A stretch of DNA of 36,498 bases from Gammaproteobacteria bacterium (GCA_003233075.1 QIKQ01000056.1:1-36498), one strand, 5' to 3'. Counted from the first letter of the stretch, positions 16,477 through 26,800 are shown. Translations and numbers: made by a program. Notes: generated from the letters alone by a model not told the origin.

Positions 16477-18009
16477 ATGAACACAGTTGATGAAGAATCA
16501 GCAGAGACAATCGTTGAATCTACAGATGAAGCAGTAAAAGAGGCAGGATTAATTGACACAAAGGGTGGGCTGGCCTTTTTACTTTGTGTTTCAATTGGAC
16601 TAGTGGGTGGATATTTTTTTAATATTGATGGCTACGGTTTAAATCTTAGCGTGTTTGCCGCATTGATTAGCTTATGCTATGTCTTTATCTATAAGCCAAA
16701 CCTTTTAAGTAAAAAAAATCTAATTCTCGCGCCATTCGGCGTTTTTTTTGTGTTTGCTTTTAGTTGGCATAGCTCAATGACGCTGTTCAGCTTAAACTTG
16801 ATTGGATTATTTCTGGTATTCCTAATTGGTTTCAACGTTGACGTCTTTAATAAAGGTTTTAATATTGAGTTTCGAAAATCATTGAGGATTTTTACTAGTA
16901 TGTTTGGCTATGCTTTGGTGAGCCCGGTCAAATTAGTTGCCTCTGATTTTAAACAGCTTAAAAAAGTAGGATCGTCATTATCAATCGTACCAAAGATTTT
17001 GCGTGGTTTGCTGTTTTCAATTCCCTTTGTGGTCATATTTGTCATTTTATTGGGGTCGGCTGATTTACGTTATTTTAAGTTTATTGAAACTAGTTTAAGT
17101 TTTGATCGAAATACTTTTAAATACCTACTGATATCTCTTTTGTCATTTATTGTTGCTGTTTGGTTTTTACGTGGAAAATTTAAGTCAAACTTTTCGAATA
17201 GAGGAGAAAGCTTAAGCGAGGGAATACGAGCGGGCGCGATCGAGGTTTGCACAGTCTTATCGCTTGTTAATATTGTATTTCTGTCATTTATTGTGATTCA
17301 ACTCGGTTATCACTTTGGTGATAACTCACTGGTAATACAAGGTAAGGGCATTACGTACGCAACTTATGCGAAGCAAGGATTTTTCGAGCTAGTGATAATC
17401 GCTTTAATCGCTTTGCCATCACTTTGGTTGCTTGAATGGACTGTACGTGATGCTAGAAAGGGTGAAAAAACTGCATTTAGAATAATTACTTTAATAACTA
17501 TCGTTTTGGTTGGACTGATAGCAGCCTCGGCAATTCATAGGTTAAGCCTTTATACAGAAGCTTATGGATTAACTGAAATTCGATTTTATTCGAGTGCCTT
17601 TTTATACTGGATAATTGGTTTATTTTTGATTTTCATGACAACTGTATTACGTGGCAAACGCAATTATTTTTTGTCCAGTGTATTAGTCAGTTTCATGGTC
17701 ACAGTAGTACTCTTAAATACGATTAATCCAGATGCAAAGATTGCAAAAACGAATATTAATAGATCAGATAAAACTAGCCTCGATTTAGAATATATTTATT
17801 CGTTAAGCCCTGACGCAATTCCGGCTATATTAGATGAAATGAGCCCAGCCAAAAGCCTGACCGTATTGGAAGCTAATCGTGTTAAATGCAAGATTCGTAG
17901 TTATATACAAAATAATTATTCTTTTCAGGATTGGCGAATTTGGAATATTTCCACCTACAAAGCTAAACAAGCTGGCGAAAAAGCTAGCTTAGATAAGCTG
18001 GGCTGTTAA
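16477..18009 (+). CDS. Polytopic membrane protein (DUF4153/DUF4173-like; family from memory, unverified)
   Basis: About 510 aa with more than 10 hydrophobic segments. AAGGAG at 16465-16470 lies 6 nt before ATG 16477. The ORF-track TTG at 16438 lacks an SD. Confidence 0.7.
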   Translation: MNTVDEESAETIVESTDEAVKEAGLIDTKGGLAFLLCVSIGLVGGYFFNIDGYGLNLSVFAALISLCYVFIYKPNLLSKKNLILAPFGVFFVFAFSWHSSMTLFSLNLIGLFLVFLIGFNVDVFNKGFNIEFRKSLRIFTSMFGYALVSPVKLVASDFKQLKKVGSSLSIVPKILRGLLFSIPFVVIFVILLGSADLRYFKFIETSLSFDRNTFKYLLISLLSFIVAVWFLRGKFKSNFSNRGESLSEGIRAGAIEVCTVLSLVNIVFLSFIVIQLGYHFGDNSLVIQGKGITYATYAKQGFFELVIIALIALPSLWLLEWTVRDARKGEKTAFRIITLITIVLVGLIAASAIHRLSLYTEAYGLTEIRFYSSAFLYWIIGLFLIFMTTVLRGKRNYFLSSVLVSFMVTVVLLNTINPDAKIAKTNINRSDKTSLDLEYIYSLSPDAIPAILDEMSPAKSLTVLEANRVKCKIRSYIQNNYSFQDWRIWNISTYKAKQAGEKASLDKLGC

Positions 18010-18020
18010 CTTTACATTTT

Positions 18021-18053
18021 TATGAGGCTTGTCTATAACAGTCAAGCTTCATA
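18021..18053 (+). terminator. Hairpin downstream of the membrane-protein gene (weak terminator candidate)
   Basis: TATGAGGCTTG (18021-18031) pairs with CAAGCTTCATA (18043-18053) with one G-U pair and an 11-nt loop. No T-tract follows, so it is not a canonical intrinsic terminator. Confidence 0.3.
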
Positions 18054-18143
18054 AGCTTACTAGCACTAAACATTAATAGGTGGTTGATATGTAAAAAATA
18101 GATTAAACTAATATGCAATGATTTCAATACTAATTAAAAAAAA

Positions 18144-19061
18144 ATGAAACTAGACAAAATTACAGTGATTTGTGCACTTATATTGATTTGTTTTTCGAGC
18201 TTTGCAAATCCAAAGTTTCCTGGTTTAACTGGCCAGGTCGTTGATCAAGCAAAACTCCTTAGCCCATCTACTAAAAAATCACTTACTCTTCAGCTAGCCA
18301 AACACAGGTTACTAACGACCAATCATATAGTCGTTGTAACGGTGAATAGTTTAGGTTCGGATACAATTGAACAGTACGGATTAAAGTTAGGTAACTATTG
18401 GGGGATAGGTCGTCAAAGTTCCAACCGTGGCTTGTTACTTCTAGTGGCACCCAAGGAACGAAAAGTTAGAATTGAAGTGGGTTTAGGCTTGGAAGCTTAT
18501 TTAAGTAACTCTAAAGCTCAATCCATAATTGATCGAGTTATACTTCCGAAGTTTAAGGCCAATAATTATGAGCAGGGAATAATCCATGCAGTGAATTCGA
18601 TCATTTTGCATCTAGAAAGCAAAGTAAATGTAGATAAAACTATCGCTGAATTAGATACTAAAAAAGTGAGTGATGATGGTTTTAATATAAATCCTGACTC
18701 ATTTAATGTCAAAGTAGCCTTGATCATGATCTCATTTATAATTATTTTAATTGTTGGTGGCTTTTATGTTTATCAAGTTCGAAGTCATTTTTACGCTTAC
18801 CTAACCGTTTTTTTAACCTCACTTGCTGCCTATTACTTAATTTCATTATACTTTTTCTTATCAATTTTAGGCGCGATGCTAACAGTTGTGCTTGTTATGT
18901 TTGTTGCAGGTGCTGGAGGCAAAGGTGGCGGTATGGGAGGCGGTTATAGACACTATCATGGTCACATGGCAATTGGTGCGGGAGCAGGTTATTCCAGTGG
19001 TGGAGGTTCCTTTGGTGGAGGAGGTTCCTTTGGTGGTGGCGGAGCATCGGGAGGATGGTAA
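18144..19061 (+). CDS. TPM-domain protein, YgcG-like (signal peptide, TPM domain, TM segments, Gly-rich tail)
   Basis: Has the TPM pattern LTGQVVDQAKLLS...IVVVTVNSLG...WGIGRQSSNRGLLLLVAPKERKVRIEVGLGLE. The C-terminal GGGSFGGGGSFGGGGASGGW is encoded by an 18-nt tandem repeat (19002-19036). Confidence 0.85.
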   Translation: MKLDKITVICALILICFSSFANPKFPGLTGQVVDQAKLLSPSTKKSLTLQLAKHRLLTTNHIVVVTVNSLGSDTIEQYGLKLGNYWGIGRQSSNRGLLLLVAPKERKVRIEVGLGLEAYLSNSKAQSIIDRVILPKFKANNYEQGIIHAVNSIILHLESKVNVDKTIAELDTKKVSDDGFNINPDSFNVKVALIMISFIIILIVGGFYVYQVRSHFYAYLTVFLTSLAAYYLISLYFFLSILGAMLTVVLVMFVAGAGGKGGGMGGGYRHYHGHMAIGAGAGYSSGGGSFGGGGSFGGGGASGGW

Positions 19062-19062
19062 T

Positions 19063-19683
19063 ATGAAGCAATTTATTAGCGAACAAGATAGAATCAATAT
19101 TGAAAAAGCGATTGGAAAATTTGAGAATAAAACCAGTGGCGAAATAGTCGCGGTGGTCGCCCCAATGAGTGATAATTATTACTATATTCCAACACTCTAT
19201 GCTGCTTTATTTTCAATGCTTTCTCCTAGTTTACTATTGTTACTGGGTTTTCAACTGAGTGTTGGTACGGTTAGTTTGATTCAGGTTCCGGTGTTTGTTG
19301 CTCTCGTTTTTTTATTTCGCTGGCGTCCCATTATGTTCAAATTGGTCCCGCCGAACGTGCGAGCACAAAGAGTGAGACGGCTTGCTCTTGAACAATTTTA
19401 CCAGCAAAAACTTTATCAAACAGAAGAGCGTTGCGGTATTTTATTTTTCGTTTCAATCGCAGAGCGGCAAGTTGAAATTATTGCCGACAAAGGGATAAAC
19501 GAACGTGTCCAAGCTGACACCTGGTCAAATATTATCGAGCTATTTGTGAGTAAAGTTCGCACCGGGCAGGTCGCCGATGGTTTTATTAAAGCGATTGATG
19601 AATGCGGCAAGCAGCTAGAACAATATTTTCCTGCTACTGCTAAGGCAAAAAATCAAATTCCGAATCATTTAGTTATTTTATAA
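19063..19683 (+). CDS. TPM-domain (DUF477-type) membrane protein
   Basis: MKQFISEQDRINIEKAIGKFENKTSGEIVAVV...GILFFVSIAERQVEIIADKGI matches the second TPM protein usually paired with YgcG. ATG 19063 lies 1 nt after the upstream stop. The longer ORF-track start (18886) reads the Gly-rich repeat in another frame. Confidence 0.82.
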   Translation: MKQFISEQDRINIEKAIGKFENKTSGEIVAVVAPMSDNYYYIPTLYAALFSMLSPSLLLLLGFQLSVGTVSLIQVPVFVALVFLFRWRPIMFKLVPPNVRAQRVRRLALEQFYQQKLYQTEERCGILFFVSIAERQVEIIADKGINERVQADTWSNIIELFVSKVRTGQVADGFIKAIDECGKQLEQYFPATAKAKNQIPNHLVIL

Positions 19684-19744
19684 ATTATTTTCAATGCTTA
19701 AAGAATAAAAAATTACGGCAGGTTATTTTTAGCGTGTTTTGTAG

Positions 19745-19780
19745 CCCGTCAGGAGGCGATAAACTATCGCCGAGTGCGGG
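19745..19780. repeat. GC-rich REP-like hairpin
   Basis: The inner stem is GGCGATA (19755-19761) with TATCGCC (19765-19771) and loop AAC. The outer stem is CCCG (19745-19748) with CGGG (19777-19780). It is far GC-richer than its surroundings. Confidence 0.5.
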
Positions 19781-19855
19781 GATGTTAAGCTACTACCTGT
19801 CCGATAAATATTATAAATTTAAGTTAATAATAGTCTATAAATAGAAGAGGTTTAA

Positions 19856-20263
19856 TTGATAGCACGAATAATAAGACTGACGTTGGGTTTTTTAGTGCCA
19901 ATACTCGGTTTTGCGCTTGTCGCAAGTTTAGTTCATGTCGTCATGGGCAGCAGTCGTATTTTAGATATATTTATATTTGTTTTATACGGCGGGATTATGC
20001 TTGCGGGTATTCAAACTCTAGCTTATACGATTGTCATGGAATTTGTAGTCATGAAATATGTTAAAACGAGTCATGGCGTCGCATTTGTAAGTGGAATGCT
20101 GGGCATACTGGTATCTTTGTCAGCTGGTTTAGCTCTTTATGGGATTAACTTAAGAGTTTTTGTTCAAGACCCGTATGTACCCGTCGTTGGATTTATCTTA
20201 GGAGTTGCACTGGGCTATGGACTTAAGTATTACTACAATAAATCACAGCTAATTAATATTTAA
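19856..20263 (+). CDS. Hypothetical membrane protein (4 TM segments)
   Basis: 135 aa and strongly hydrophobic. TTG start, preceded by GAAGAGG (19844-19850). Confidence 0.55.
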   Translation: MIARIIRLTLGFLVPILGFALVASLVHVVMGSSRILDIFIFVLYGGIMLAGIQTLAYTIVMEFVVMKYVKTSHGVAFVSGMLGILVSLSAGLALYGINLRVFVQDPYVPVVGFILGVALGYGLKYYYNKSQLINI

Positions 20264-20372
20264 TATAAAATACCATTGTTGTCCTGTTAACTTTTATCAA
20301 ATTTACTAATATAGATAAATAGTGAGCTATATTGAGTTTGTTTTAGTATGAGACATGAAACTAAGAAGTTAT

Positions 20373-20592
20373 CGTCTTTGCGAAGCGACTCTAGTCGCTG
20401 AAGCAATCTCGACAATTTAGTGGTGTTTTTAAAACGAAAATGATGATAATGAATAGGAGATTGCTTCGTTTTGACCATGGATGGCTATTAACGCGTGACC
20501 GAGATAGCAGGTCTTTCGAGCGAAGCGGGATTGCGAAAGCGAAGAAAGGCCGTGAGCGACCGCCCTGTAAAACAGGGCTCCTCGCAAAGACG
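20373..20592. repeat. Composite GC-rich palindromic (REP/MITE-like) element or structured RNA
   Basis: Nested inverted repeats: CGTCTTTGCGA (20373-20383) with TCGCAAAGACG (20582-20592), and GAAGCAATCTC (20400-20410) with GAGATTGCTTC (20457-20467). Local hairpins are GCGACT-ct-AGTCGC (20385-20398) and GCCCTG-taaaa-CAGGGC (20562-20578). Confidence 0.5.
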
Positions 20593-21069
20593 GGTAGTGG
20601 CGGCTTGTGTCATTTTCTAATAATACGATTAGAGATAGCTAATTTATTTTAAAATATTACATTGTTAGCGAGACAGCAGTGATAAAATACGGGTATTTTA
20701 AAATGTTTTTTAAAGTGTAGGCTAATGAGTTAAATATTATTTTGATATTACTTCCACGACCCGAATTTGAATTATTCAATAATTAAATCAAAAATGCAGA
20801 ATGTTTTTAGTTTATCAATTTGTAGATTTATGTCCTACCTTATTGTTTTAATTACTAAAAATAATTATTTATTGCGAACATGAGCTGCAAAATAAAGCTA
20901 GTTTTATAGACTAATGTGTTAACTAATCTTGTTTTTTGACTAGTAATTATGTTATTTTACGTTAGGTCTATATATCAGAGAGTCTATAGAGAAAAATAAT
21001 TGAAGAAATATGCAGTAATTCAGAATTACTAAAATAAATTATATAACTATAAAAATATTAGGATTGATT

Positions 21070-21501
21070 ATGTGTCATCAACTTTTGAGACTTATCTTGC
21101 TAGCATTTATTGCCATACTTTCTGCCTGCTCGGGCGGGGGTGATCCTGGCACAACGCCAGCTGCTGTACCCACTATACCGGCAGCTCCACCGGTAGTACC
21201 AATTGGTCCAAATCAAATTCTTTTAACTTGGGCCGCTAATCGAGAAGCGCGCGTTAACCAGGCCGGTGGCGGTTACTTGGTATATTTAAGTAAAAACAAC
21301 GGTTTTAATATTGGAGATGGTGGTGTGACTATACTCGATGTGAAATTTGATCCCGCAAAATCATCAACGCCATTATATACTTTATACGATATAGTTAAAG
21401 GTACGACTTACTATTCTAAAGTAAGGGCTTATATGACTTTATCAGCGGGCAGTACTGTTGTTACTAGCGATCCAACAGCGCAAATTACAATTACGCCTTA
21501 A
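21070..21501 (+). CDS. Lipoprotein with a fibronectin-type-III-like fold
   Basis: Has a lipobox ILSACSGGG and a Pro-rich linker. PNQILLTWAANREARVNQAGGGYLVYLS resembles the first strands of an FN3 domain. AGGA lies 6 nt before ATG 21070 (ORF-track TTG is at 21064). Confidence 0.65.
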   Translation: MCHQLLRLILLAFIAILSACSGGGDPGTTPAAVPTIPAAPPVVPIGPNQILLTWAANREARVNQAGGGYLVYLSKNNGFNIGDGGVTILDVKFDPAKSSTPLYTLYDIVKGTTYYSKVRAYMTLSAGSTVVTSDPTAQITITP

Positions 21502-21539
21502 ATAATAAATAGTAAAATCAAAAATTATAGGTTTTCATT

Positions 21540-23489
21540 ATGAGTAAAATTAAATTCCGATTGGCGCTGATATTAATTATTTCTTTATTTTGTTCTTCAG
21601 CGATAGCAGCGAAGCTTTCAAAGAAACAATTACATGCCGCCCACAAGCATTTCATGAAACATATTCATTTTGTCAATAATCGTCCGCTTTATCGAACCGA
21701 TAAAATTATAGTAAAATTTAAATCAGGTGTGACTAGTGTCAGAATGAATTCCACCGTGACACAATTAGCGGATAAATCGCGATCAATTAGTCGAAAAAGA
21801 AAAATACGCGCGGTAATATTGCGATCCGACCAGACAGTCACCGATGCTATGCAGACGTTTAAAAATGATCCGACCGTTCAATACGTCCAGCCCGCTTATG
21901 TTTATCGAAAGTTCGCAATACCAAACGATGTAGAATACAGCAAGCTTTGGGGTTTAAAAAATGATGGCTCTAGCGGAGGAGTGCAAGGCGCAGATATTAA
22001 GGCAGAAGAAGCTTGGAATCATTTGACTGACTGCAGTGCGGCAATAGTTGCGGTAATTGATACAGGTCTTAATTATCGCCACAGTGATATCAGTGCGAAT
22101 TTATGGGTCAATCCAGGCGAAATTGCGAATGACGGAATAGACAACGATGGTAATAATATAATTGATGATGTCCACGGTGCAGATTTTGTTGTGCAAAGAA
22201 ATGGCCCGGTAATCTTAAAACCAGTAGACGGTGATCCAATACTAGATTTTCCTACAGAATCACACGGTACGCATGTCGCAGGGATTATTGGTGCAAGCGG
22301 TAATAATAACATTGGCATCACAGGTGTTTGCTGGAAAGCAAAAATAATGGCGCTCAAAGTGTTTTTGGGGGAGTATACTGACACTGAGTTTTTGGTTAAT
22401 GCGATTGACTATGCAGTTGCCAATGGCGCTAAAGTAATTAATATGAGTCTTGGAGTCATTGGTTTTGATCAGAGTTTATACGACAGCATGGAGGCAGCTC
22501 GCGATAGCGGAACTGGAGTAGTCTTCGCCATCGCAGCAGGCAATGATAGTTTTAATGTAGACACTGGTGGAATACCGATTTACCCCTGTGCTTTTGATCT
22601 AGCAAATATTATTTGCGTAGCCTCTATAACTAAAAATGATCAACGTGCTAATAGCTCAAATTTTGGTGTGACCTCAGTTGATATTGCCGCTCCAGGAGAT
22701 CTAGTCTTAAGTACGATTGCCGGGTCCATTATTACAGTTGATACTACGACGGGCTGGAATTTAGCAGGTGATTGGGGATTTGATAGAAATTGTTTTTCTG
22801 CCGGGATAAGCGCTATTGGCTTAGTAAATCCACAAATCCGTAATAGGTGGTGTGTCGGCACGGGAACTGGTACTTATGCCTCGAACATCAGTGATGTTGC
22901 TTATAAAACTTTTGATATTGCAGCTATGTCACCAAACGCTCGCGATGTTAATTTAACCGCACGTCTGATTTACGACACAGAGTCCGGACAAGATTTTGTT
23001 GAAGTCCGGCACGACATCACTGCTGGCAATCCTTTTCTGACGACAACTCAGTTTGATTTTATCGGGTCCGGTTTTCACGATCTTCTAGCTGAGTTCAATG
23101 CTGGATATTCTCGATATTTAATGGATAGCTGCCTCGGCACTTCAACTTGTTCAATTGGGATTCGATTGCAATCAAACGCAACTGTCAACCTAGGTGGCGT
23201 GATGATTGCGGATATGAAATTAGTTTTTTTAGAAGACAATGCTGATCTGAAAGCCTATCAATTGTACTCGGGAACCTCAATGGCCGCCCCGCATGTTGCT
23301 GGTGTTTTGGCAATGGTTCGCTCGTTAAATCCTGACTATACTTATTCCGATGCAGTCTCCGCGGTATTAAATGGTGGCAGAGCGCTTTCTAATATTAGTA
23401 GTGACGTTAAAACAGGAAGTGTCGTTAGTGCCATTGGTGCAATATCTCAAATACTCGTACCAAGCGGATTCGATGTTACTTATCCGTAG
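21540..23489 (+). CDS. Secreted subtilisin-like serine protease (peptidase S8) with a large internal insert
   Basis: Has a signal peptide. Catalytic residues are Asp in AVIDTGLN (D174), His in SHGTHVAG (H242), Asn in AAGND (N335) and Ser in SGTSMAAPHVAG (S579). A Ca-site-like DGIDNDGNNIIDD is also present. Confidence 0.9.
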   Translation: MSKIKFRLALILIISLFCSSAIAAKLSKKQLHAAHKHFMKHIHFVNNRPLYRTDKIIVKFKSGVTSVRMNSTVTQLADKSRSISRKRKIRAVILRSDQTVTDAMQTFKNDPTVQYVQPAYVYRKFAIPNDVEYSKLWGLKNDGSSGGVQGADIKAEEAWNHLTDCSAAIVAVIDTGLNYRHSDISANLWVNPGEIANDGIDNDGNNIIDDVHGADFVVQRNGPVILKPVDGDPILDFPTESHGTHVAGIIGASGNNNIGITGVCWKAKIMALKVFLGEYTDTEFLVNAIDYAVANGAKVINMSLGVIGFDQSLYDSMEAARDSGTGVVFAIAAGNDSFNVDTGGIPIYPCAFDLANIICVASITKNDQRANSSNFGVTSVDIAAPGDLVLSTIAGSIITVDTTTGWNLAGDWGFDRNCFSAGISAIGLVNPQIRNRWCVGTGTGTYASNISDVAYKTFDIAAMSPNARDVNLTARLIYDTESGQDFVEVRHDITAGNPFLTTTQFDFIGSGFHDLLAEFNAGYSRYLMDSCLGTSTCSIGIRLQSNATVNLGGVMIADMKLVFLEDNADLKAYQLYSGTSMAAPHVAGVLAMVRSLNPDYTYSDAVSAVLNGGRALSNISSDVKTGSVVSAIGAISQILVPSGFDVTYP

Positions 23490-23825
23490 ACTAGAGTAAG
23501 TCTGGGTTGCCCAAACATTTAAACTAGTTTTATAGTATTTCGACGAATATATTGGCTGGTATATGTGCTTAGAGGTGTCTTTTTGATAGCAAAAAGGGAC
23601 TTCTAAGATTTCCGATTTGCTAACCGTGTCTTGATGATGAATTTAAAAAAAGAGATGCCCACCTATTAGTTATCACAAAACTCTGTGATAGTGTTGCATT
23701 ATTACTAAGACAAGCGAGACTTCAGGTCTTGTGATGCATTTTGGGGCATCTAAGTCCTCGGATCTTATCACGAGATCTGACGACTCACTTGTTAATTAGA
23801 TCACGTCATAGTATAAATTAAATTG

Positions 23826-26800
23826 CTAATTTATAATGCTGTATATTAATATCAATATTAAAATAACAAGTAAATACGTTATTGTCTTACAGCATTTTTT
23901 AGAGCCTCTACTTGGTTTTTGCGGATCAGGAATTAGAGGTTGTCGACCTTCAACGTATTTACCTCGTACCGCTTCTCGTTTGACAGGTTTATTATCGCGC
24001 GTATAGCCGGTCGCACGAAATGTAAACTCATAACTTCCCGACTCGGCGGTATTGGTAAAAAAGCGAGCGTATTCACCATCGTTAATGTCTGCATCATTAT
24101 GCACACCGTCATCATATAAATTTAAGTCCCAGCTTGCCCCACTAGGAGAGACAGCATGTACAGTGACATTGCAGCCAGTTACTCTAAGGTCGGCTTCGGT
24201 TATAACTGAAGATAAAAGAATAGGTTCGCCCGTCTTTACTACACCAGGCGTTACATAGGCTTGCATTCTAAAATTAGAATTCGCGCCAATCGCGATACCG
24301 TATTTTACTGGCTTATCCCAGTCTTTGCATTTTTGATACTCGTAAAAACTTTGCTTAGAGTAACCTTGTGTTGAAGCGTTTGTAACTATGTCAAAACAGA
24401 CTGTACCTGGGTGTTCAATAACGACTTTCCATCGATCTTCATATCGTTCAGGCTCTCCTTGTGGAACACGAAACTCGATAAATCGTGCAGTGTCGGTAAA
24501 TCCTGGACGGATTTGAAAACCAGGGGGCACAGTATTCATATCGATGAGTTCACCTTTGGGAGAACGCAGGTAGAATGGCAAACGAATACCTTTATGATCG
24601 AAAATAACGACAAGTGAACCTACATCACCACGCAGTAAATCGAATTCAATCTCGTGTTTATCACCTGGCATAATGTTATAGACAGGATCTTCTATAACAG
24701 CCATGTCGATGGCATCCATGTATATTTGCGTAAAATATTTTTCTAAACTAAAATATTGTTCGCCGCTGAGATCACCCACTATTCCATAATACGCACCTGT
24801 TGCTTGTGATAAGAGATCAAGCTGACCTTTATCGATATTCTCTTCATTTCCCAAGCCAACACTGTATATTCTAACATCCGATGGTACTGGTAGAGCCTCT
24901 GTTTCATCTATATTCGAGTTATCAGGCTTTTTAGAGGGGCCACCCATAAGCGTATACCATGTATTATCCGCTGGATTTAAATAAGCGCGATTATCTTGTC
25001 CATCAGTAAGGACTATCATGACTTTATTTAATAAGGGTGGTGTAGTAGGTCGCGGTATTGCTAATTCGTTTAAGCCAAGTATTACGCCACCTGCTATATT
25101 AGTCGCACCATCTGGATCTAATTCAACGCTGTTGATGGATGCAGTTATGCCTGGTTGATTTCCACTTGTTATATCAATAATTGGCTGAAATGTATTTGGA
25201 TCTTTATTGAACTTCACCAGAGTAATACGATCTAGAATATCTGGGCGAGCCAATTCAGAGAATAATTTGCCAGCAGCTATTTCTGCCTCAAACTTAAATC
25301 GATCACCAGATGGATCAGCCATGCTTCCGGAGCGATCAAATACTTGAGCTGCATCAACGGCTATTGGTGGTACTATTTCTGCGCTTAAAGGAAAAATCCA
25401 ATTAGAAATTGGGTTGTTGGGATCGTTATGATTAAAAATAAATAATTCCGCAGATTTAAGTGCAGGACTGTCGTCTGCAAAAAAACTCACTGCAATAATA
25501 GTTTCATTATCGCCAGTTGGAATCGAGCCACAGGCAGTTGCTGGATCAACATTATAGTTTCTCTGAATTTCTAAATCATATAAAGAACCAGAAGGTGGCT
25601 GAAGCCCGAAAAAAGTCTGATCAACGCCCTGAATTCTAGCTGTGAATGAGAGAGGACCATCGCCAATATTTAGAATTTTAATAATACGAACGGTGCGAAA
25701 ACCTTGTTGTATTTCCCCAAAATTAATAGGAGCGATAGGGGGTACGCTAATAGTTGAGTTTGCGATACAACCTTCACCAGTTAAATTAATGTTATCTGGA
25801 CTTCCTGGATCATCGCTGATTATTGAAATAGCATCTGAATAGGGTATTTCGGCAATAGGGCTAAAACTAATATTATGTGGATGATTTCCACCGACTGGGA
25901 TGGTAATAGAAACTGCCGGCCAGCTAAAAAAACCGGCGTTTGCAGCGATGTTTACATCAATTGGTATTTCACCGTTATTACTTATAGTTAATGTCTTCGA
26001 TGGACTAGAACCAATTGAAGTTTTTCCCCAGGCAAGAGAAGCTGAGCTAAAACCGATAGCGATAACAGGTTCACGAGCTTCGCCTTCGCAAACCAGGTTA
26101 GAGTCGCCATTTGCGGGAGTTCGGCTAACGGGTAAGTTTGTTGGACCAAAATTGCCAATAGCGCCTGGTGCGAAGGTAACATCAACCGTCATGGAGTCGC
26201 CTGGAGATAAATTCGCAGGAAGTGATTCACTGGTTGAGGTAACGGCAAATGGCGAGGCATTAGCAATCGAATTAATATTTAAACAATCATCACCATCATT
26301 TTCAATAGTAAATGTTTCAGACGTAGTTGTTAGGGCTGCGGGAACACCTGGGCCGATGACTGCATCGGGAAACGTATGGGATGACGGGGAAATGGCGCAT
26401 TCACCTAGGGGTTTAGGGCAAACGCTCGTGTAACTCATGCCGCCGCTGGAATAATTAATTATGAGTTCAGTTGCACTTGCTTCTGCATGCGTTATACCTG
26501 TAGCGATAAAAGGCGGCGGGCCTGCACAAATAACGTCGCCATTATCACTGCGACGAATTGATAGATTCTGAATTTGCGTGCCGGATGAGCTCCAAATTAG
26601 AAATGCTTTACCATTTCCGGGACTTTTATGAACGACAGGTTCATTGACTCCTGTGCTTGACGAGCTACTTAAAAAAATCGATTGTTCTGAAGGGCTACCA
26701 CCCGTAAAGTCGACTATTGTAACATTACGGTTAACAGGACCAGCACCTGAACCTGATTCGAGAATCAATACATGATTACTCGTGCCAAACATTAAATATT

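Noticed and set aside
18886-19062. N-terminal extension of the second TPM gene through the Gly-rich repeat of the first (plus minus-strand ORFs 18879-19097 and 18895-19086)
   Set aside because: These are alternate-frame readings of a GGT/GGA-rich repeat. ATG 19063, immediately after the upstream stop, gives the conserved TPM N-terminus.
20287-20652. 63-aa (minus) and 70-aa (plus) ORFs across the GC-rich palindromic element
   Set aside because: The sequences (for example RSFERSGIAKAKKGRERPPCKTGLLAKTGSG) look like translated repeat DNA. They have no SD and overlap nested inverted repeats.
20753-20772. CCACGACCCGAATTTGAATT, whose reverse complement (…TTCAAATTCGGGTCGTGG) loosely resembles a tRNA T-loop/acceptor 3' end; a possible att remnant in the 410-bp AT-rich gap 20653-21063
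   Set aside because: The flanking bases cannot form a T-stem and there is no acceptor-stem partner. I found no second copy in the window. It is too weak to call an att site or tRNA fragment without the rest of the genome.
22073-22861. Antisense ORFs 22073-22384 and 22640-22861 within the S8 protease gene
   Set aside because: The protease frame contains all catalytic motifs, so these are shadow ORFs.
24052-26433. Several plus- and minus-strand ORFs (24052-24258, 24411-24617, 25642-25842, 25900-26433, 25988-26185, 23933-24115) overlapping the VWA gene
   Set aside because: All lie within one continuous 1053-codon frame with VWA/MIDAS motifs and have no independent support.
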